Shown piece after piece: positions 56,570 through 64,000 of a DNA stretch of 64,000 bases. The position numbers and the translations under genes are program-made. Numbering within the stretch: the stretch's first letter is position 1; every line of letters starts with the position of its first letter. The notes below the pieces were generated by a model. The model was given only the letters and a program-made list of their open reading frames with translations. It did not search any database and was not told where the DNA came from. Source of the stretch: Selaginella moellendorffii (Eukaryota > Plantae > Lycopodiophyta); NCBI RefSeq assembly GCF_000143415.4, contig NW_003314323.1, positions 376,499-440,498 of the forward strand. The letters are read 5' to 3'.

Positions 56570-57364
56570 ATGGCGTTTCATTGCTCGATATTTCCGTTTC
56601 TCCTTTTATCTTTTCTCTCGATCCCAGCTCAATCATTCTCACTCAACACTTCAGATTACATGTACACTCACGATTGTCATGACTTGACAGCAGGTCGCAC
56701 TCTCCTTCAAACTAGAGCTGGAGTTCCAGGCATGGATGTAAGTAGCCACCAAGGTAATGTTAACTGGCGGACTGCCTACAACAATGGTGCAAGGTTCGCA
56801 TACATCAAGGCCACCGAAGGAACGGGATACACAAACCCATATTTTTCACAGCAGTATGTTGGTTCTTACCGCACAGGTTTCATCCGTGGAGCATATCACT
56901 TTGGCCGTCCGGACATATCGAATGGTGCTACTCAGGCGACGTACTTCCTCAAAAACGGAGGTCGGTGGTCTTCCGATGGGCGAACACTTCCTGGAGCTTT
57001 GGATATTGAGTACAATCCATCTTGTGGAAGCTCTTGTACTCCAGCGCAAAAATGTTACAACCTTAGGAAGCAAGAGTTGGGGAAGTGGATCCAGGACTTT
57101 GTGAACACTTACAGGAAAGGAACTGGAGTTTATCCAGTGATTTACAGCACTGCGGACTGGTATAACACATGCGTAGGGACTTATGGGGACTTTAGCAGTG
57201 TCTGCCCATTTTGGCTCGCTTGTTATTGTCCCAGGGTGACCACTTATCCTTACAACTGGAAAGTGTATACGTTTTGGCAGTATGCCGACTCGGGAACGTT
57301 TCCTGGCGATCAGAACGTGTTTAATGGGCCTTACTCTCAACTGCAGAAGCTTGCCAAAGGCTGA
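56570..57364 (+). CDS. Secreted GH25 muramidase (Chalaropsis-type lysozyme), intronless
   Basis: Signal peptide, GMDVSSHQG, YIKATEG, RGAYHF, catalytic LDIEYNP (DxE), FWQY and PGDQNVFNG. An alternative upstream ATG lies at 56531. Confidence 0.95.
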   Translation: MAFHCSIFPFLLLSFLSIPAQSFSLNTSDYMYTHDCHDLTAGRTLLQTRAGVPGMDVSSHQGNVNWRTAYNNGARFAYIKATEGTGYTNPYFSQQYVGSYRTGFIRGAYHFGRPDISNGATQATYFLKNGGRWSSDGRTLPGALDIEYNPSCGSSCTPAQKCYNLRKQELGKWIQDFVNTYRKGTGVYPVIYSTADWYNTCVGTYGDFSSVCPFWLACYCPRVTTYPYNWKVYTFWQYADSGTFPGDQNVFNGPYSQLQKLAKG

Positions 57365-57865
57365 TAATGTTGGATTGAAGTGCCCAGCTAGGATGATTAC
57401 CTCGCGCAGACGCAGGGCGAACAGGGACGCGTTGTGATCTGGAGGGTTGTATCCCGTTGCACTTCCGCATTTTGTATATAGATACCCTCGTAAAGAAATA
57501 AGGCCTTATTTTAATACCATGCCAGTGTAAAGATGGATGTGCAACAAAAGGAAAACAAAGAGACTGTTTCCACCTTACTGCTTGTTTGGTGACTCTCTAG
57601 CAGTGCAAAACCATCTACTAAAGATTGAGAAGGTGATTCCATTTGGCGGTGGAGCTTCACGACAACCAGTGGTTCCACCCATGGATGGATTTTATGATCT
57701 ACCAAGGGGCCGTTTTCGTCGCCGCATTTCCATCGCCCATGGAAATGCGGGACAATGGGGAGAAGAGTGTTGGAGCGGTGGCCTTTGGGCTGGACAATCT
57801 CGACGAAGGAGGAGTTCTCGGCCCGATCCGTCTTAAAGTGTTTGTGGACGCTTTTCACAAAATAC

Positions 57866-58395
57866 CAAAGCAACTTCTCCACTTCCAAAACACCATGCAC
57901 GAGCTCAAATCCATGCTCGCGAGGACGCTGCCCGCCACTACCTCGTAAAATCCATTTTTTCCGGCAGCAACTCACAGTTAAGTCCATGCAACGTTCTCGT
58001 GACCATCTAAAAGTTGCTGCTTTCCAGACGCTTTACAACGCGGGCGCTCGCAAGATCATTGTCGCGGGAGTTGGACCCATCGGCTGCATCCCATATCAGC
58101 TCACGCTCAATCTCCGGAGAGATGGGAGCTGTGTTCTGAGTCCCAACAAGCTTGCACTGGACTATAATTCGGCTCTGAGAGATCTCATCCTGGAACTCAG
58201 CTATTGATTCCATGGTTTTCTTCATTTTTCTCGATTGATTCCATGGTTTTCTTGTTGGCTTCGAGATGAGCGATCTAGTTTGCTGCGGGATCCGAGGTCC
58301 GTACTTCCCTTTGGCCCGCACATGCCCATGATCCGTACCACCCCAGCGTGCGATTGTGGCCAAGCGCTTCGTCAATGGCGACGAACGAGACATCA
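57866..58395 (+). pseudogene. Deleted GDSL lipase copy retaining introns
   Basis: Near-identical to 45061-45841, including the intron GTTAAGTCCATGCAA...TTCCAG, with several deletions and frameshifts. Confidence 0.9.
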
Positions 58396-58602
58396 ACTTG
58401 GCAATCCCTTATGCCCGCATCCAAATCCCTCGGACATAATTGGGTATCTTCGCGCATCTCCGTGCCACTTGTCTGATTAATCTTCTGCTCTATATCCCTC
58501 GGTAAAATCCCAACTGTTACCCGACTTTCGGCAGCACAAACTGGCTCGTGGGCACTAGCAACAATCGGACCCCAGGAGATCAAGATCCTCAGCACGTTGA
58601 TC

Positions 58603-59150
58603 GACACCTGGAGCAGTCTGTACCTTTCCTGAAAAGCCACAAGAGAACCAAAACCTACTCACAGTCACATCCATACCAATGATCCACTCCATCGGTCCGT
58701 AAAACCGGAAATCTCTCTATCTTGGAGTAGAAATCCCACCAAGCATCAACCATCTCAATCTTCTCATGCTTGTTCTCAACCTCAAAAGCCAGCACCCGGT
58801 TGTAAACCCATAGCTGAAGAGCCGGCATCTTTGGCTTGGCCATCAATCCATAGCATGAAAGTTATGCTGGATATCTCATTGTCGTCGGCTGTGTAGAAGA
58901 GAGCCCTCGCTTGCTCCTCTAGTTCTTGGTGTGCTAGGTAACTCATTCACCTAAGCTCAACAGGACCTGGCATTTGTATTGACGTAGTAAGATCGTCGAG
59001 CACATCTTCATAGCACGGATCACCTCCCAGGCACAAGAACGCAGACGCCATCTGGTTGGGCTCCAGCGCCAGGCCTTTGAGCCTCGTCGCCATTGCGGTC
59101 TTTGGAGAATGGCCACAAAGTATTCTCATACAACTTGCAAATGGTTTTGA
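58603..59150 (-). pseudogene. Fragment of an unidentified coding family, partly repeated at 62405-62705
   Basis: 58603-58845 aligns with 62405-62685 (LQLWVYNRVLAFEVE, EMVDAW.D.YSKI); frameshifted. No family recognised. Confidence 0.45.
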
Positions 59151-60996
59151 GCACAACATAGGCCTTGTTGCATTGGATGTGTGATCTTCTAGCAAAAAGT
59201 CAATAAAAGTCAATAAAGGTCAATTGACATCCATTGACTAATAAAGTGTAAGAATGAGGTTCTCAAGCTCAAGAAGCAACACAGAAGGTAGGAGTGCTAG
59301 CAATGCTATACCAACATATGTACTTGGGCAAGAATGTTATATTTGCCACCATTGTCTCAATCAGGTTTATATCTCTCCTTTTGCAGGGATGTATATTGCC
59401 CTCAACTCAACTTTATCATATGACTATCCTAGTCCACTAAGATCACATTGTTCCTACAATCTTTTATGGGGCTAGATTCCAAGCTTTTTGGGCTTTGAAA
59501 CATTTTTATTATTATTTTGTCGTGAATGTGATTGTGGGTATTAAAAGTTATTTGTCAAAAAATCCTTTTAGATATTTTTTCCTTACGATCACAATGGCAG
59601 AAGATTGGTATTGTTGATTTTTTTTTCAATCCCTTTTGTTCAATAGTAAACTACTCTTAGTATTTGTATTTAACTAGATAAATATAAAGTAGGAACTCCT
59701 ATGTGTTTTTTGTTGAGCATATTCTATTTGACTCTTAGTTTTATTTTACTCTCTCTTACATTTGCTTGACAAGAACTTTTACAATATTGAGTGTAGTTTT
59801 TTAATATTTGTTAAATGATAGTTTACCACCAAAACACCTTTGCTATCATGCCCTATGTATTGGTTCTATTCGATCCTAATAGCTATTTATGGAAAGTGTC
59901 TAGATCTACTAGTTAGGCATATTTATGAAACTGTATTAAATTATTGTGATTTTTAATATCATATACTGGTGATTGTGAGCAATGTGTTTATAAAGTTATT
60001 TGGTCAAATAATAATCAACCCCAAAGTGGTTAATAGTGAAATTAGTCTATTTGCATGTAGTAGCGTTGTAGTAAGTTTGACTAAATTCTTTAAAATGATT
60101 CATTATACTAAATTTATGTTGATATTTTGGTTCTTTAAGTTTATTTGTTTGCTATAAGTTATTGGTGAATTCATTGGTACTTGGTGGATGGAGAAAATGT
60201 ATGATTGAGATATTAACATTGTGTTAGTGGAAATAACATTATTACAATGAGTGATGAGAAGTTCTCTTAAAAGGTTGATTTTTTATGTTATTTTTATTGT
60301 TAGTGTTTTGGCTTCATGTTAAATATTGAAGGTGATTGAAGAAAAGTATTAGTGTAATATAAATATCCAAAAAAATTATCTCTATAATCAAGTTTTGGGT
60401 ATTTATCTTCATATTTTACGAATATTGATGTTTGCATTGTTAAATTAAGAGTCAGTCATTCCTTTTTTAAGATGGAAAATTTTCCACAATTTTTCTTGGG
60501 TTTTTTCAATGTCTAGTCTATTAATCATTTTGCCCAAAAACCATTTTATTATCAAAAACCATAACAAACTAGTGAAGGGGTTGAAATTAACTTCAGTTAG
60601 TTTAGATCTTAGTAAGTAATTTGCACAATACGGCTAAAAGGGGATGCTGACTTTTGGGGCTAAGACAATTAAGTTGGATAGAGTCTAGAGTTGGCATGGA
60701 AATGTGGCTATTACGCTTTTCTAGAAAGGTGAACCTTATGCTTTTTTTAAAAAACTATCATATTTAGTGGCATATTACACTGTGGATTTTATTAGATTTT
60801 ATAAAAGTAGTGAGCTCTCATTCATATTGAGTTAACCATTAGTTTTGACTGAGTATTGATAATTCATAGCTAGCTTATTGAGCTCTTTAATTATGCTATT
60901 AGCTAGACATGTTGATGGGATTATTGCTGTATAATTAGATTTAAGTAGTCATTTTATTTATACTTATCCATATTCCTATATGTTGTACCTAGAATG

Positions 60997-61620
60997 TGTA
61001 AGCTCCTAAATTTGGAATTCATATTTAAACCCAAGGATATTTAACCCTAAATATCCCAATATCATTAATTAGTTAGAAAAAAAATGTGCACTCTTGTTTA
61101 TAAGCCTTTTCCCTATATATTTGGATTCTCATTCTCTTTAATTATTTATAATCTACTATGCTTCCTTACAAATTCATGCTCTCGTGAATAAAAGTTTAGA
61201 GCCGTAACCCTTTTGAAAGCTTTGCTCTCTTGACACCCTACCCTTAAGTTGAGCCCAGCTAGAGGAAATTGAATTGTTAGATGTGAATCTTAATATATAG
61301 TATAATTCTCTTAACCAACCAATAAAATTATATTTGAGACCCCCTTTAATACTAAATGTAAAATCCTAAATTTAGACTTTCCAGGAGAGTATTATTCAAA
61401 CCCAAGGATGAAATATTTATAAGCAACCAAAGAAAATGACTCAAGAAACGATATATAAAGATGATTTAAATGACTTCTTAGAAAGTCTAAATTCAAAAGT
61501 TTACAATATCCTAATACTCTTAATCAATTGAAAAAATGGGTGCACTCTTGTTCATAAACATTTTTTCTTTACATTTAAACCTTTATGGATCATTTTTCAA
61601 ATTATTTTTGGTGATTTATA
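60997..61620 (-). mobile_element. Old, AT-drifted Cassandra-type TRIM with an opposite-orientation deleted solo LTR inserted in one LTR
   Basis: Collinear with 15042-15470: LTRs ~60997-61150 and ~61357-61620, internal CTCTCTTGACACCCTACCC conserved, decayed PBS. The insert at 61418-61505 is flanked by ATATT/ATATC. Confidence 0.8.
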
Positions 61621-62349
61621 AAGTGTTTCTTTCCATTAGACAAATACATGCCATAATAATGTAAGTTTAGTGTTTGGGTTTTATGAAGATAAATTGAAAA
61701 ATGGTTTTTTAGCACTTTGTAACTAATGATTGCTTGTAAATTTTGTTAAAGGTTATTTATACTTGTTTCACTCGATGATGATTTAGTAATGATAAGCTTA
61801 TTTACCGAATAGTATTGAGGAGGATCATATTATTTGGCTTCTATAATTTTTCCATGTTAACATATCAATTTCACCTCTCTTAGTATTGTTTAGTTGTGTT
61901 TAGTCAATAGTGTTAGATTGTATTGAATTTTAAATATGGTGAATCATTCCTTGATGACATATTATTTATAGCTGAGTATTGTTAAAAAATTGGTCTCAAA
62001 TACTAGGTAAGGTATGTTCAACTTTAAATTACTAAAAAACAGTAAAAAGTGACTTGCTTTTGTTTTCTTTTAATTTTGTTATGATATTAATGATGTTGAA
62101 GTGATGCCTTAACATTGATATTATTGATGTTAAGATTAGAGTGAGATGAAATGTTTCTTTATAAGCATACTGAAGAAGTTAGATTTTTAATTTGTGGTGA
62201 TATAAATAATTAATGATTAATTGGGCTTATTGGAAATTAACATTTTACTTCACTATAACTATACCTTTTATGTCATTTTGCACAGCCAACATTACCACAA
62301 CGTTTGCATTTCAATGGATTTTCCACCTAGAAGAATCATCCACAAGCCT

Positions 62350-63480
62350 GGCTATGGAGTGCCGTACAAGGGGACTCTTCCCTGTGGCCCAAACGTGCCC
62401 GTGTGACACCTGGAGCAGTCGGTACCTTTCGTATAAAGACACAAGAGAACAAAAACCCCCTGTCAAGGTCAAACGTGCCAACCCGATACATTGGTCCGCA
62501 GAGGCCATACCAATGATCCACTCCATCGATCCGTAGAACTTCCTGTCCAATCTCTTTATCTTGGAGTAGAGATCCCGCCAAGCGTCAACCATCTCAGTCT
62601 TCTCACGTTTTGTGCTCAACCTCAAAAGCCAGCACCCGGTTGTAAACCCATAGCTGAAGATCCGGCCTCTTTGGCTTGGCCGTAGTTCTTGATCGATCCA
62701 TAACGTTCGATCGCTCGTCTCGAAGCCTTTAAACACAAGAAAACCATGGAATCAATCGAGAAAAGAATGAGAAAAACTATGGAATCAATCGAGAAACGAA
62801 TGAGAATTTTACCTTAGTTTTTCTTGTTGGTGATGACATCACAGACAAGGTCGTAAGCGTTTGCGTAGGAGAACATCGATCCAGGGAGTTTGGAGTTGAG
62901 TTCCAGGATGAGATCTCCAGAGCCGAGTTGTAGTCCAGTGCAAGCTTGTTGGCACTCGGAACACAGCTCCCATCTCTCCGGAGATTGAGCGTGAGCTGAT
63001 ATGGGATGCAGCCGATGGGTCCAACTCCCGTGACAATGATCCTGCGAGCACCCAAGTTGTAAAGCGTCTGGAAAGCAGCAACTTTTAGATGATCACGAGA
63101 ACTTTGCATGGACTTAACTGTGAGTTGCTGTCGGATGAGCTTGTCCTGGAAGGCGTGCGGCGTGAGGTAGGTGAGAGGAACGGGCAAGAGATAGTTATTG
63201 GCAGCGATGGTGACGCAAAAAATGGATTTTACGACGTACTGGCGGGCAGACTCCTCACGAAACATGGATTTGAGCTTGTGCCTGGTGGTTTGGAAGTAGA
63301 GAAGTTGCTTTGACAACGACAATCTTCCAATCTAGATCACAAGAGCAAATCAGACAAACTATGAGGAAAAAACTTGGAAAAACTCACGAAGATCCTTCCG
63401 ATCTCCACGCATAGTTCACACCTTTGGGTGCTACATACGGTGGAGCATGTCGAATTCTAAAACTCTCGCCTGGCAAAACG
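62350..63480 (-). pseudogene. Second GDSL pseudogene (minus strand 62708-63480) with an internally inverted last-exon piece on the plus strand (62350-62404)
   Basis: LSKQLLYFQ and GVGPIGCIPYQLTLNLRRDG on minus with introns retained; PYKGTLPCGPNVPV on plus. Confidence 0.88.
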
Positions 63481-63569
63481 AATTAATTGACAGAAAATGT
63501 CTCAAGAGCGCTGCAAAACCTCTCGCCAATGTCCATGAAGTCCTGTACGGCTGACCCTGGCAGCTTTTT

Positions 63570-64000
63570 CTATTCAAATTTAATCTCCCAGACCGTGTAT
63601 CCTCTCGTCTCTATGCAAAGTTTTTGTACAGCCAGTCCCGGGATTATACGAGTGTTATAGTCTCCCTGTGTGGTAACCTCTGAAACATCCCTCCTGAACA
63701 CCAGCCAGTCTCCACCCTGAGAAGCAGGTACCTCCCGTTTGGGGGGGATCCAACGCACTGCCATGTGGACAGATCTCCGAAGCACCGGCTGAAAACCGTC
63801 CTCCTGCAGCTCTTCAGTCGGGATGTCAAAGCGCGACTTTGTGTCCGTGTCATTGGTCCAAAGTGGCGGTGCCACTAAGTGAATATGGTGAGCTTGCATG
63901 GCCTTTGACTTTAGCTCTTTCTCCTGTTCCTCTGAGAGCTCAAAGGCATGTGCTGGAGGTTTGTGTAGCTTTTGTTGCCTGCATGCAAATTCCACATTAG
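63570..64000 (-). CDS. Hypothetical coding segment, 5' end possibly outside the window
   Basis: Open for ~140 codons with coding-like GC content; no motif recognised. Confidence 0.3.
   Translation of the reverse strand, partial: NVEFACRQQKLHKPPAHAFELSEEQEKELKSKAMQAHHIHLVAPPLWTNDTDTKSRFDIPTEELQEDGFQPVLRRSVHMAVRWIPPKREVPASQGGDWLVFRRDVSEVTTQGDYNTRIIPGLAVQKLCIETRGYTVWEIKFE

Overview
Gene-dense eukaryotic DNA from a spore-bearing land plant, most likely the lycophyte Selaginella. This is inferred from ~50-bp introns, many intronless PLS/E-class PPR genes, flagellar genes, a CYP74 and a bacterial-type GH25 lysozyme. From left to right it holds: a six-exon gene for a bacterial-type 3D-domain (peptidoglycan-hydrolase-like) protein that the ORF track misses; PPR; RPN1; radial spoke protein RSP2; an uncharacterised membrane protein; PPR; a 13.4-kb nest in which a decayed Ty3/gypsy element carries a 5S-bearing Cassandra-type TRIM and a young non-coding long-LTR element; two PPRs; an HIBCH-like hydrolase; PPR; CYP74; PTOX and AOX head-to-head 226 bp apart; GDSL lipase; SEH1; SR45a; a FAM183/CFAP144-like gene; PPR; GH25 muramidase; and inverted GDSL pseudogenes around a decayed second Cassandra. 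Most notable: (1) the spliced 3D-domain gene, a second peptidoglycan-type enzyme besides GH25; (2) the divergent PTOX/AOX pair; (3) a Cassandra whose 5' LTR is replaced by a fold-back hairpin; (4) two cases of a head-to-head gene pair duplicated and then reciprocally eroded. All exon models and family calls were made by eye; no database searches were run.
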